From positions 2,592,001 to 2,656,000 of the forward strand of contig CAXXGO010000006.1 of the NCBI GenBank assembly GCA_963666835.2: a stretch of DNA of 64,000 bases, given 5' to 3'. Both the position numbers and the translations under genes were made by a program. This stretch comes from Phycisphaerae bacterium (lineage in GTDB: Bacteria > Planctomycetota > Phycisphaerae > UBA1845). Shown here piece by piece: positions 9,381-19,834 of this stretch. Numbering within the stretch: position 1 is the first letter of the stretch; the number at the start of each line of letters is the position of its first letter. The notes beneath the pieces are model-generated. The model worked only from the letters and a program-made list of their open reading frames with translations, did not search any database and was not told the DNA's origin.

Positions 9381-11096
9381 TTACTGCTTCTTGGCAAGGG
9401 GCGGCTCCAGGAATGGCGGGCGGCTTTGCCCCCGGGTCCGTTTCTCAATCTCGATAGTCGAGACCAGAATGCTCGGGGAGATGGCCGATACGGGGAGCCA
9501 TCCCGACTCCGCCCCGCATGAGCCGTTGAACACCGCGGGATCATCTGCAGTATGCATGATCTTCTCGAAGCTGGTCAGCGGCGTGCCGACGATGTCCGCC
9601 CCCCGGATAAGCTCGTCCGGACGTCCGTCCGCAAAGACCCGGTACACGACGATCGGGTTGACTTTGAACGACTGCGGTCCACGACGGGACGTCCGCGTAA
9701 ACCCACCGGAAATGTCCTCGAAATAGAGTCCGTACGGTTTGTCCTGTCGTTGGCACTCCTCGATCAGTAGTTTGCGAAGCTCGGCAAACGTCACCTGGTC
9801 GGCCGATTCCACCACCAGATTGCCCTGGCGGGCGACCACGGCATTGCCGGAGGAGCGCCGGCCATGCCCGTTGGACTTCGGAGCGTGCTCGATCGGCCGG
9901 CGGGACATAAGAAAGGTCTTGAGGATTCCGGACTCGACCAACGGTACGCGAACCGCCCGTACCCCTTCGTCATCGAACAAGTAATACCCGCGAAGATCGC
10001 AATCTCCGTACTTCTTCATCGTGGGGTCGTCGTACACGTCCAGGAACTTCGGCAGGATTTGCTTGTTGATCTTCTTTCCGAAGGTCTGCCCTTCGGTGAC
10101 GTCCTTCTGGCGGTGCCCCTCCATTCGATGGCCGAAGATCTCGTGAAAGAAGACCGCGCTGGCCCGGTTGGAGAGGATGGCCGGCCCGATATACGGTTCG
10201 GCCAACGGGGCCTCGCGGAGGGCGAGGACCTGATCAATCACGCTCTGGAACGCGGCCGTAATCTCTGTGTCGTTCGGCAGGCTGTCCGCGGTGGCGGCGT
10301 TGAAGTCAAATGACTGGTCGAGGTCCATTCCGTCTTCGGCCTTCGTTGTGGCAGTTATCGTGATGCGGTAACGCCGCGACGCGGTCTGCAGCCGCGTTCC
10401 TTCGCTCGACACCATGTACCTCGTCCCGGCGAAGGTGCCGACCGTGATCTGGGAGGAATAGATGAGGGGATAATCTCTCGCTATCGCGGAGATCTTACGC
10501 AGCCGGTCCGCCCAGTTGGCGCGGTCGAAGACCGTATCAAGCGATTCTTCGTAGTGAACGTGGCTTTCTTCGCGGCTGAAATCGTCGGACTGATCCTCCT
10601 CTTCAACTTTGATGGTCAGGTCCGTTTTGATCTGTGTGAGTCGCTTGACGGCGCTTTTGAACACCCGGTCAGTGTGATACCACAGCGCGTTCCGGATAGA
10701 GTCCACATTGCCGTCCAGCGCTAACGGGATGCTTCCGCTGCCGGAAGCGTGGGATGCGCCTCCGCCGCGCAACTGATGCGTGTTGTCCAAAGTGTAGTCG
10801 CCGACCCGCAGGTCGATGTTCAGGCTGCGCTGATCGTCACGAGTGTCCCGCGTAATAGCCCCCAAAGTCGCTGCCAGCAGAGCGGTGTGCTCCTCATAAA
10901 CCGTATAGCTCATAAAATACGGCCGCGTGCCATCCTCCGCGACGAGGTTGGCCATCGCGTAGTGCAACTCGCCGGTCAGCACGCCCATCAGAGGATGTGC
11001 TGAAGCCTCGCTCTTTGCCTGGGCTGCGGCCTCGGAATAGAACAACCCGGCGACAAGGGCGATTGCCAACACGGCCGGAACGACTTTGGATTTCAT
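9381..11096 (-). CDS. TldD/PmbA-family metalloprotease with signal peptide
   Basis: FFHEIFGHRMEG, FDDEG, NGHGR, ARQGNL and NGSCGAESG. Confidence 0.9.
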   Translation of the reverse strand: MKSKVVPAVLAIALVAGLFYSEAAAQAKSEASAHPLMGVLTGELHYAMANLVAEDGTRPYFMSYTVYEEHTALLAATLGAITRDTRDDQRSLNIDLRVGDYTLDNTHQLRGGGASHASGSGSIPLALDGNVDSIRNALWYHTDRVFKSAVKRLTQIKTDLTIKVEEEDQSDDFSREESHVHYEESLDTVFDRANWADRLRKISAIARDYPLIYSSQITVGTFAGTRYMVSSEGTRLQTASRRYRITITATTKAEDGMDLDQSFDFNAATADSLPNDTEITAAFQSVIDQVLALREAPLAEPYIGPAILSNRASAVFFHEIFGHRMEGHRQKDVTEGQTFGKKINKQILPKFLDVYDDPTMKKYGDCDLRGYYLFDDEGVRAVRVPLVESGILKTFLMSRRPIEHAPKSNGHGRRSSGNAVVARQGNLVVESADQVTFAELRKLLIEECQRQDKPYGLYFEDISGGFTRTSRRGPQSFKVNPIVVYRVFADGRPDELIRGADIVGTPLTSFEKIMHTADDPAVFNGSCGAESGWLPVSAISPSILVSTIEIEKRTRGQSRPPFLEPPLAKKQ

Positions 11097-11230
11097 TGAA
11101 GACCCTTTCAGTCAGGGTACCTGCCCCGCGTGAGAACCTGTTTCTGTTATCGGCCGCTGAAGGAGGGGTGTTAAGCGTTAGATCGTTCCAACCCGGCTGT
11201 TCTGCCTGGGAACCTCGCTCGACCGAACTC

Positions 11231-12238
11231 CTACGCCTCCACCATACGGGTAACGTGCAAGGTCACGGAATCGCCCAGGGCGTCGAGGTTGTAGCCGCCC
11301 TCCAGGATGCTGATAAGCCGTCCCTCACAGTGTCGCCGGGCCGCACTCAGCACCTCATCCGTCATCCAGCCGTACGACTCCGTCTCCAAATTCAGCGGAG
11401 CAAGCGGATCGGCGCGGTGGGCGTCAAACCCTGCCGACAGTAAGACAAACTGAGGTCCGTACTTGTCGATGGCCGGGATAACCGTGCCGCTGAACGCCCG
11501 GCGATAATCGTCATCGTTAGCGCCCGGCATCATCGGTAGGTTGATCGTATACCCTTCGCCGGCGTCGCTACCCGTCTCACTGGCCACTCCGGTGCCTGGA
11601 TAGACGTAATCAGGGTGGCCGTGGAGGCTGATGAACAAGACCCGCGGGTCCGCCTCGAAGGTGTGCTGCGTTCCATTCCCGTGGTGTACGTCCCAATCGA
11701 GAATCAGAACGCGGGCCAGCTCGTATCTGTCTATCAAGTGCTGGGCGGCTAGCGCGATGTTGTTGAACAGGCAGAAGCCCATCGATCGGTCGCGTTCAGC
11801 GTGGTGCCCCGGCGGGCGAACGGGGCAGAAGGCGTTGTTCACACGCCCCGTCATAACATCGTCAACGGCGTTGATCACCGCACCGGCGGCGAGCTTGGCG
11901 ATACCGAAGCTTCCCTCGCATATCGCCGTGTCGGTAACGTCAATGAACGGGAGGTTCACCTGGCAGGCGTGTTCTAAGCGTTCGACATACTCGTTGTCGT
12001 GGATCCTCGCCACCAGGGACATGTCTACGTCCGATGTTTCGACCTTGCGACAGGTCTCGGTCAGGCCGCTGTGGCGGAGCACCGATTCAATCCGCACGAG
12101 CCTTTGAGGGGCCTCAGGATGGTCCGGACCGGTTATATGGTACTGGAACCGCTCGTCCTGGGCCAAACCGGTCTTTGCCAACACATGCTCCTTACGCTTT
12201 TCGGATCCGCGAGCCAACGTCGAGTCGGCATGAGTCAC
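11231..12238 (-). CDS. Histone deacetylase family (Zn-dependent deacetylase)
   Basis: HPEAPQRL, RPPGHHAE, GFCLFNN, DWDVHHGNGTQ, SAGFDAH and LEGGY. Confidence 0.95.
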   Translation of the reverse strand: MTHADSTLARGSEKRKEHVLAKTGLAQDERFQYHITGPDHPEAPQRLVRIESVLRHSGLTETCRKVETSDVDMSLVARIHDNEYVERLEHACQVNLPFIDVTDTAICEGSFGIAKLAAGAVINAVDDVMTGRVNNAFCPVRPPGHHAERDRSMGFCLFNNIALAAQHLIDRYELARVLILDWDVHHGNGTQHTFEADPRVLFISLHGHPDYVYPGTGVASETGSDAGEGYTINLPMMPGANDDDYRRAFSGTVIPAIDKYGPQFVLLSAGFDAHRADPLAPLNLETESYGWMTDEVLSAARRHCEGRLISILEGGYNLDALGDSVTLHVTRMVEA

Positions 12239-12548
12239 TCGGTGTTTATAGCAGCGTTGTGCATGCCCGGAAAGTGCTCGCCGGATCAGTTGGCTGTCTG
12301 AGTCTCTTTTCTAAGTAAGACTGGGTGGACCGCCTCCTTCGGCGGTGCGATAGCCGACGATCGTCCCCCGTGCGACACGCGTTGTTGTGTTTCCGGCGAC
12401 TCGTTATCGTGTTGAGTGCCGCGCACGCGGTTGCCCGGTCGATTGATCGGTTTCCACCGGGGTGCAACATTGGCGTCACGGGCGTTATGACCGCTTCGCA
12501 GGAGGTTTCGCCGAACATGTTGACTGTTCGTCTCAAAGCCGGGACCGG

Positions 12549-14843
12549 CTACGTTAGCGACAGGGGATCGACATCCAGGATGAGCGACTCGGCTTTCGTG
12601 CGCAACCCGTGAGTCTTGTTCAGGTGGTCTAAAACCGTCTGCATGGCGCTGGCCGTCAATGTCCGGATCAGCAGGTCATAACGATACCGCCCGCGGAGTC
12701 GGGTGATCATGCAAGGCGTGGGTCCGAGCACGTCGGCATGCTCCAGGGATAGTGACGTAATTGCGTCATCGATTCGCCCGTGCAGGGCTTCGGCTTCTTG
12801 CCGGGCGGTGGCCTCGCGAGGGTGGGCCAGGACCACCCGCGCCAGCCGGGAATATGGAGGCAGACCCACCGCCTGCCGGCTCTTCATCTCCGCCTCGACG
12901 AAAGACTCGTAATCGTGATTAAGTGCGAAGGTCAAAGCCGGGATAGCCGGCGACGTGGTTTGCACCACTACGGTTCCCGCCTGGTCGTGACGTCCCGCCC
13001 TCCCGGCCACCTGCGTGATTAACTGGAACAACCGCTCGTGAGCGCGGAAATCAGCACCCGTCCCCGCGGGTTCCGCGCTGATGACGCCGACGAAGGACAC
13101 GCCGGGAAAGTCCAGGCCTTTGGCAATCATCTGCGTGCCCACGACGATGTCTATTCTGTGATTCTCAACATCGCGGACGGTCTCTTCGTAGTGATTCCGA
13201 CGGGTCATCGTATCGCTGTCCACGCGGGCGATGCGGGCGTGGGGGAACCGGTTGCGCAAGACATCCTCGACCTGCTGCGTGCCCAACCCGAGCTGCACCA
13301 GACGCTCGCCACACATTACGTTGGGACACTTCGTCGGCGTAGGCATGCGGTGCCGGCAATAGTGACAGATAGAGTCACCCGTGGACGTGTGAACGACCAA
13401 ACCGACGTTGCAGTTTGAACAAGTGAGGCTGATCCTGCAGGACGGGCAATACAGGCGGTTGGCGAAACCCCGCCGGTTCATGAGAATCAGCGATTGCTCA
13501 CCCCGTTGCAGGGTCAGCGACAGCATTCGTTCCATCGAACGCGACACTACCACGTTCTGCTTACACTCGGCGTTCTCATCACGCATGTCGACCAGGTGTA
13601 CCTTCGGCATGGGCAGCGATTTCACCCGATGGCGGATGGTTATCCGCTCGTAGTGGTCGCGGTGAATACTGTTGTACCAGGTTTCGATCGATGGCGTGGC
13701 CGAGCCGAGAACTACCGGAATATCATGTTGCTTGCCGCGCAGGATAGCTACATCGCGCACGTTGAATCGCGGGGCTTGCAGGTTCTTGTAGCTGCTCTCC
13801 TGTTCCTCGTCGACGCAGATCAGGCCGAGGTTGGGGCAGGGGGCGAACACGGCGCTGCGCGTCCCGATGACCACGGTCTTCTCGCCGCCGGCGATTCTCT
13901 GCCAGAGCACCGACCGTTGGGCGCCGGTAAGCGCGCTGTGATTGACCGCGACATTCTCGAAGCGCGAGGTGAGGCGTTTAACAAGCTGGGTGGTCAGGAC
14001 GATTTCCGGAACGAGGAGGATGGCTTGCTTGCCGGCCGCCACCACGCGGCGAATCGCCCGAATATATACTTCTGTCTTACCGCAGCCGCTGACTCCGAAC
14101 ACAAGGGTCACGGAGAAACCGCCATCGTCGATCCGCTGGTTGATTCGCTCCAAAGCGTGGTTCTGCTCGGCGTTAAGTTCGAACGAAGGCTCGACAAGTG
14201 GTACGGGGGTATCCGGATCGTCGCGGAGCTCCTTGTGCTCCGTGATCTGCACCCAGCCGCGTTTTGCTATTGCCTGCAGAGTGGCGCGTGACGTTGCGGT
14301 GGTCTGCAACAACGAATCCAGTGGGATCGGGTGTGTGGCTGCTGCGAGAACATCGAGCACCGCTTGGCGACCCGGAGTGATCCGGGCACCGCTCGCCACG
14401 ATCTCGCCGATCGCAAGGGCGAGGCGGGCGTAGCGGATGGTCTTCATTCCGCTTTGCCGCCGAACCGGCTCCGGGGTGAGCGCCTTGAGCGTCTGTCCGA
14501 GCGGACACGCGTAGTGTTGCGAGATTCGGCGTCCCAGATCGATGAGCTTGTGGTCAAGGTAGCTGGTCGGGTCGACCACGGAAGCGATCGGTTGGAGCGT
14601 GCCTTGCCATTCCTTGCGGTCCAACCCCACCACGAATCCGCGTACGAGGCGATTGCGACGCCCGATCGGAACTTCGACCCGGTGCCCGAGCCGGATCGAC
14701 TCGGTCAGGCTCGCCGGGACGGAGAACGAGTAAGTGCGATTCGTGGGTATGATCGGTGCGACCTCAACTACCATGCCTTCGAACCGTTCGCCTTCTTCGA
14801 CCCACAGGAATCCGGTTTGTGGCGATGTGTTGGTTCGAGCCAT
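12549..14843 (-). CDS. priA: Primosomal protein N'
   Basis: GVSGCGKTEVY, LVPEI, DEEQE, LGSATPS, Cys clusters, GTQMIAKGLDFP and QVAGRAGR. Confidence 0.96.
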   Translation of the reverse strand: MARTNTSPQTGFLWVEEGERFEGMVVEVAPIIPTNRTYSFSVPASLTESIRLGHRVEVPIGRRNRLVRGFVVGLDRKEWQGTLQPIASVVDPTSYLDHKLIDLGRRISQHYACPLGQTLKALTPEPVRRQSGMKTIRYARLALAIGEIVASGARITPGRQAVLDVLAAATHPIPLDSLLQTTATSRATLQAIAKRGWVQITEHKELRDDPDTPVPLVEPSFELNAEQNHALERINQRIDDGGFSVTLVFGVSGCGKTEVYIRAIRRVVAAGKQAILLVPEIVLTTQLVKRLTSRFENVAVNHSALTGAQRSVLWQRIAGGEKTVVIGTRSAVFAPCPNLGLICVDEEQESSYKNLQAPRFNVRDVAILRGKQHDIPVVLGSATPSIETWYNSIHRDHYERITIRHRVKSLPMPKVHLVDMRDENAECKQNVVVSRSMERMLSLTLQRGEQSLILMNRRGFANRLYCPSCRISLTCSNCNVGLVVHTSTGDSICHYCRHRMPTPTKCPNVMCGERLVQLGLGTQQVEDVLRNRFPHARIARVDSDTMTRRNHYEETVRDVENHRIDIVVGTQMIAKGLDFPGVSFVGVISAEPAGTGADFRAHERLFQLITQVAGRAGRHDQAGTVVVQTTSPAIPALTFALNHDYESFVEAEMKSRQAVGLPPYSRLARVVLAHPREATARQEAEALHGRIDDAITSLSLEHADVLGPTPCMITRLRGRYRYDLLIRTLTASAMQTVLDHLNKTHGLRTKAESLILDVDPLSLT

Positions 14844-15078
14844 GACGAGAAGCCAACCTGTCTCGTACGCCGCTGGAATGGAGACGTACTCTGTCCCGAT
14901 TGCGCGAAGGCGCAGCCGAGGTGCCTTTGATCATCCTTGTGGATTATGACGCAGGCCGAGATGATTGGCCACGTCGGGCGCTTAGCCAGTGATAGAGATC
15001 CAGCCGGCGGTTCATTCCGGTCGGTGCTGGCTCGTCCGCCGATGCGGAGGTGACTCCCGAATCCGTATCAGTGGGGAA

Positions 15079-15528
15079 TCAGTGGCAGCTCGGCGGAATG
15101 GGCCTTTCCGGATGGGGCTTCTCGCCGGGGTCCTGGTAGTTACGGAATCCGGTGATCTGGGGCATGTCCTCCGGTTTCTCTGACGGATGCACGGAGAAAT
15201 TCTCTACCCGTACGATCTCCTCGAATGGAACCGTCACTACGAACGCGCCGACTTTGTAGTGATCGTCGACCGGCTCGCACTCGAAGACCAGGTGCGATTT
15301 GCTCTCTACGTCTGCAATCTCCCGGACTTCGTAGCTGAACCCATCTCTCAGGTAGATGAGCGTTCGCATCTCCAACTCGGACTGGAACTTCTCGATCTCC
15401 TCATCATCGACGAAGGTCTCCGGGTCCCGATCGGGGTATCGGCGGAGCACGCACCGCCATCTCGCTTCCAACTGTTGCTGGGCGAACGCCGGACCGTGGA
15501 ACCAATCATAGTTGAACATACGTGACAC
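15079..15528 (-). CDS. Hypothetical protein
   Basis: 149 aa ORF with protein-like composition, located between priA and queG. Confidence 0.7.
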   Translation of the reverse strand: MSRMFNYDWFHGPAFAQQQLEARWRCVLRRYPDRDPETFVDDEEIEKFQSELEMRTLIYLRDGFSYEVREIADVESKSHLVFECEPVDDHYKVGAFVVTVPFEEIVRVENFSVHPSEKPEDMPQITGFRNYQDPGEKPHPERPIPPSCH

Positions 15529-15669
15529 TCGCTCTGAGGACGACGGCGTTGTCCGGTCCCTTCGGAACCGGGTCGGCGCAATCTGCGACGAAGCGACGCA
15601 CCGTAGTCGTTGGCGGGGCGACCGTCAATTGGCATCGCACTCTATGTATCGGTCCGGCACGGGAGTACC

Positions 15670-16641
15670 ATGTACCTAATGGACCACTTCACAGCGAGCA
15701 AGTTCGTCAAGAAAGCCGCGATGGACATTGGTTTCGATGCCTGCGGAATTACCCGGGCTGTCCAGAGCAGGCGTGCGGGCTACCTCCGGAAGTGGCTACG
15801 CGATGGGCGAGCAGGGACAATGCAATATCTCCACCGTCACGTGGATTCGCGGGAGGATCCCACCCGGTTGCTTCCGGGCGCCAGAAGTGTGATCGTGGTC
15901 GCTTTATCATACAACCAACCTGGTCCCGGCGGGTCTGATAATCCCGGCCTGACGGGCCGGGTGTCCAGGTACGCGTGGGGTCGAGACTACCATCGACTAG
16001 TCAAGAACAAGCTACTCGTGATTGCGGATCGGATCAGAGCCGAAATCGACAGCGCAATTGAGACGAAGGTCTGCGTCGACACCGTGCCAATCATGGAACG
16101 CGACCTGGCCGCCGAGGCGGGGGTCGGCTGGATCGGCAAGAACACAATGGTGGTCAATCGAGAGCTCGGGAGTTTCTTCTTTCTGGGAGCGATCGTGACC
16201 ACGCTGGAGCTGGTGCCGGATGATCCGCTTCCCGGCGGTTGCGGGACATGCACGGCATGCCTGGATGCCTGTCCGACGAACGCTCTTACGGCTCCCTATG
16301 AGATGGACGCGTCCCGCTGCATCAGCTATTTGACCATCGAGCACCGCGAAACAATCCCGCCGGCACTGGCCGGGTTGATGGGGGACTGGTTGTTCGGATG
16401 TGATATCTGCCAGGACGTGTGTCCCTACAACCGGCGGCCGATGCCGACGCGCGAGCCACGGTTTGCAGTTCGGCCACCGGGGCCGCGCCCTGAACTCGAG
16501 GAGGTTCTTTCGTGGGCCGTCGAGGACTACGAGGCGAACCTACGCGGCAGCGCTGCGAAACGTGCCTCGTTCGAGATGTGGCAGCGGAACGCGCGAATCG
16601 CCCTGAGCAACGCGCGAGGACGAGCGTTGCCGGGCGGATGA
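15670..16641 (+). CDS. queG: tRNA epoxyqueuosine(34) reductase
   Basis: SRYAWGRDYH, GWIGKN, CGTCTACLDACPT, RCISYLTIE and FGCDICQDVCPYN. Confidence 0.96.
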   Translation: MYLMDHFTASKFVKKAAMDIGFDACGITRAVQSRRAGYLRKWLRDGRAGTMQYLHRHVDSREDPTRLLPGARSVIVVALSYNQPGPGGSDNPGLTGRVSRYAWGRDYHRLVKNKLLVIADRIRAEIDSAIETKVCVDTVPIMERDLAAEAGVGWIGKNTMVVNRELGSFFFLGAIVTTLELVPDDPLPGGCGTCTACLDACPTNALTAPYEMDASRCISYLTIEHRETIPPALAGLMGDWLFGCDICQDVCPYNRRPMPTREPRFAVRPPGPRPELEEVLSWAVEDYEANLRGSAAKRASFEMWQRNARIALSNARGRALPGG

Positions 16642-16912
16642 GGGGATATTGCCGGGCGGTACGGCCTTGCCGCCGGTGTCACCGCGCCGCAGCGTGGGTG
16701 TTTCAGTTGAGGTGCTTAAATGCCCGTTATCCGCCCCTACGGGTTTGTCAGGGGATGGTCGAGGCTTGGTCCGGAAACCCGGAAACCGTGGTTGGCTGGC
16801 GACCCTTGTAGAGAATCCGGAGGAGTGGTAACATACGGATCTGCACGAGGATGGAGGGGGGTAGCTCCACTTGCGTGTCTTTCTGCGTACATGGGAGGGA
16901 TGTGACGTGAAG

Positions 16913-17329
16913 ATGCGTGCGGCTAAACTGCCGGCTATTGTCGTTCTTGCGGTAGGAACGGCGGGTGCGTTCGCGCTGGCTCCGACTGAGTACTCGCTCG
17001 ACTGGTTCACCGTTGATGGCGGTGGGCGAACGGACATGGTCGGCGGCCATTTCGAGCTGAGCGGGACTATCGGCCAGTGGGATGCCGGTACTCCGATGAC
17101 GGGTAGAGGATTCACGTTGACCGGCGGGTTCTGGTTTGGGATCACCCAGGACGACTGCAACAGCGACGGCGGAGTGAACCTCTACGACTACGAGGACCTC
17201 AGAACATGCCTCCAAGGCCCCAGTGCGGACCCCGGTCACGATTACTGTGGCTGCTTCGATTCGGATCGGGACAAAGACATCGACCTACTTGATTTTGCCG
17301 AGTTTCAGGGTCTTTTTCAGAATCCGTAG
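16913..17329 (+). CDS. Small secreted protein with a dockerin-like C-terminus
   Basis: Signal peptide, YSLDWFTVDGGG...LSGTIGQ...LTGGFW, then a paired DxDxDxDIDLLDFAEFQ motif. Confidence 0.8.
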   Translation: MRAAKLPAIVVLAVGTAGAFALAPTEYSLDWFTVDGGGRTDMVGGHFELSGTIGQWDAGTPMTGRGFTLTGGFWFGITQDDCNSDGGVNLYDYEDLRTCLQGPSADPGHDYCGCFDSDRDKDIDLLDFAEFQGLFQNP

Positions 17330-17446
17330 ACCCTGCCGAGAGCAGAACTAATCCGTAGCGCGCCTGTGGGTCTCGTGAGCGGTTAGCCAAGGGGCGCGGT
17401 GCGTGCGAATTACATGCCAAGATCACACGAAAGGACACGATAGCAG

Positions 17447-19735
17447 ATGAACGCGAAGATGGTGTGGAAAGTCGTTCTGGCGTTTACGGCTCTGCCGCTT
17501 ACGTATGGAGCAGTGACGGCCGAGGCAGCGCCTCCGCCGTTTACGTACCAGGGTCAACTTAAGCTCGAGGGGACGCCCGTGAGCGGGACCGCGGATTTCC
17601 GCGCGGAGGTCTACGGGCAAGCCACCGGAGGAACGGCGCTGTGTGCGTTGAATCCCGTCTACGGGGTGGACGTACAGGACGGGCTGTTTACGATTCAGCT
17701 CCAAGGGTGCGGCGACGTCTTCTCAAACCCTCCCGTGTATCTTGAGGTTAGTGTGGCGTTCCCGGCGGGCGGGACGTTCGTGCTTCTTACTCCTCGCCAG
17801 ATGGTTACACCGGCTCCGATGGCGTACTACGCGTTCGAAGCTCCCAGTAGTGGAGGAGACTCGCCGTGGACTTCGGTCGGCGACGACATCTACTACGATG
17901 ACGGGCAGGTCGGGGTCGGCACGACGAGTCCATCCTATGATCTCCACGTGGTCAGCAGCGGGGCCCGGGCCGTCTCGGCTACAACGAGCAACGTCGGTGG
18001 GCGGGCGTTGTTCGGGGAAGCGACGGCCGTCACGGGGAGCACCGCCGGGGTCGTCGGTTCGTCCCGCAGTGTGAGCGGGAAGGGAGTCTATGGACAAGCC
18101 AATGCGTCTTCCGGAGTTGTGTACGGCGTTCATGGTGAATGCAATAGTACAAGTGGGCGAGGCGTCTACGGTCAATCTCACGCGACAACGGGAACTACAT
18201 ACGGAGTCTACGGCTCATCCGCCGGATCGAGCGGTCGTGGCGTCTACGGTTACAACGATGGCGCCGGTTTCGGTGTCTTTGGCAAGAGCAGCTCGGGCGC
18301 GGGTGTTTGGGCCGAGAGTAGCGGGTCCTCCACTCTCTACCCTGCGCTCTATGCGTACAACTCAAACGTCGACGGCATCGGAGTGTTCTCGACAACGACC
18401 AGCACTGATGCTAACGCGGTCTTCGTGAACCGGGGTGCCGGGCCGATTATCAAAGGTTTCAGTGGGTCTTCCGGGAACGACCACATCTTCGGCGTGGATA
18501 ACGACGGACACGTCGGAGTCGGTCGGGGACCGTCGTCGGCGATTCCGCTTGATGTCCTCGGTGGCAACAACTGGGACGTGGCGGGCGGCGACGCCGATCT
18601 GCGAATCGGAGACAGCAGCTACGGAATCAAAATGGGCGTTGCGCTCAATGGGCTGGGAGCGGGAAGCGCCCGGATCTTCGCTCAGGGCGGTAACCACAAA
18701 CTCACTCTTGGCTCAAATGACGAGGATGTACTTACGATCGTCGACAGCAACACGACCACAAGCGGCGACGGCTACGTCGGCATCGGCACTCCGGACCCCG
18801 AACAACGATTGCACGTCGTAGGGAAAATGAAGGTCGAGGGCGTGGGTAGTGGTACGTCCGTTTGGGTCGACAACGGCGCCACTGCGGTTTATGGAGACGG
18901 ATCCAATACCGGTGTCAAAGGGGTCGGCGATACGTATGGCATGTACGCCAGCGGCGGCACGTACGGTCTTCGCGCGTCCGGGACTTCTTACGGCGTCTAC
19001 TCCAGCAGCGACGCCGGGACTGCTGTTTATGGGTACGGAACCTCCGGTACGGGCGTCTACGGCAAGAGTAATACGGACATAGGGGTGAGTGCATACGCCG
19101 GGGGAACGGGAACGAGCAACCCGGCCCTGAAGGTCGAGAACTGGAACGCCGGTGGTATTGCGGTCTTCTCGACAACAAACAGTACTGACGCCAACGCGGT
19201 GTTCGTGAACAAGGGGACCGGGGACCTGATTAAGGGGTTCACGGGTGCTTCCGGTGGGGACCTTGTCTTCCGGGTGCAGAATGACGGGAAGACATCTGTG
19301 AGCGTGCTGCAGATCACCGGCGGGAGCGACTTGGCGGAACAGTTCGACGTCACCGAAGATGCTCAGCCGGGGATGGTTGTGGCGATCGATCCGAAGAACC
19401 CGGGAAAGCTCTGCATTGCGCGCGGAGCGTATAACCGCCGGGTGGCGGGTGTTATCAGCGGGGCCAACGACTTGGAGGTCGGCATGGTCCTGGCCGACCT
19501 GCCGGGCTCGCAGAACTCTCAGCCGATCGCTCTTTCGGGGCGTGTGTGGGTCCGCTGCGATGCCACCGACCGCGCGATTGAGCCCGGGGATATGCTCACG
19601 ACCGCCGACCGTCCGGGGTACGCCATGGTGGCCGCCGACGCGCGACGCGCGTATGGCACCGTGATCGGGAAGGCCATGAGCGGGCTGGATAAGGGGGCGA
19701 CCGGCATGGTTCTGGTTCTTGTCAATCTGCAGTAG
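17447..19735 (+). CDS. Secreted fibre/adhesin-like protein with GVYG repeats and a tail-fibre-chaperone-like C-terminus
   Basis: Signal peptide, FTYQGQL N-domain, VGVGTTSP segments, GVYG repeats and GGSDLAE...GDMLTT...VIGKAM. Confidence 0.8.
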   Translation: MNAKMVWKVVLAFTALPLTYGAVTAEAAPPPFTYQGQLKLEGTPVSGTADFRAEVYGQATGGTALCALNPVYGVDVQDGLFTIQLQGCGDVFSNPPVYLEVSVAFPAGGTFVLLTPRQMVTPAPMAYYAFEAPSSGGDSPWTSVGDDIYYDDGQVGVGTTSPSYDLHVVSSGARAVSATTSNVGGRALFGEATAVTGSTAGVVGSSRSVSGKGVYGQANASSGVVYGVHGECNSTSGRGVYGQSHATTGTTYGVYGSSAGSSGRGVYGYNDGAGFGVFGKSSSGAGVWAESSGSSTLYPALYAYNSNVDGIGVFSTTTSTDANAVFVNRGAGPIIKGFSGSSGNDHIFGVDNDGHVGVGRGPSSAIPLDVLGGNNWDVAGGDADLRIGDSSYGIKMGVALNGLGAGSARIFAQGGNHKLTLGSNDEDVLTIVDSNTTTSGDGYVGIGTPDPEQRLHVVGKMKVEGVGSGTSVWVDNGATAVYGDGSNTGVKGVGDTYGMYASGGTYGLRASGTSYGVYSSSDAGTAVYGYGTSGTGVYGKSNTDIGVSAYAGGTGTSNPALKVENWNAGGIAVFSTTNSTDANAVFVNKGTGDLIKGFTGASGGDLVFRVQNDGKTSVSVLQITGGSDLAEQFDVTEDAQPGMVVAIDPKNPGKLCIARGAYNRRVAGVISGANDLEVGMVLADLPGSQNSQPIALSGRVWVRCDATDRAIEPGDMLTTADRPGYAMVAADARRAYGTVIGKAMSGLDKGATGMVLVLVNLQ

Positions 19736-19834
19736 TTTTTGGCTGCTGCCGAAGCGGGAGGTGAGATCATGACAAGAATCAAGATGATTCTGACCGACAC
19801 GTTCAGAGTGCGGTCCACTGCAGAGTCTGAGAAT

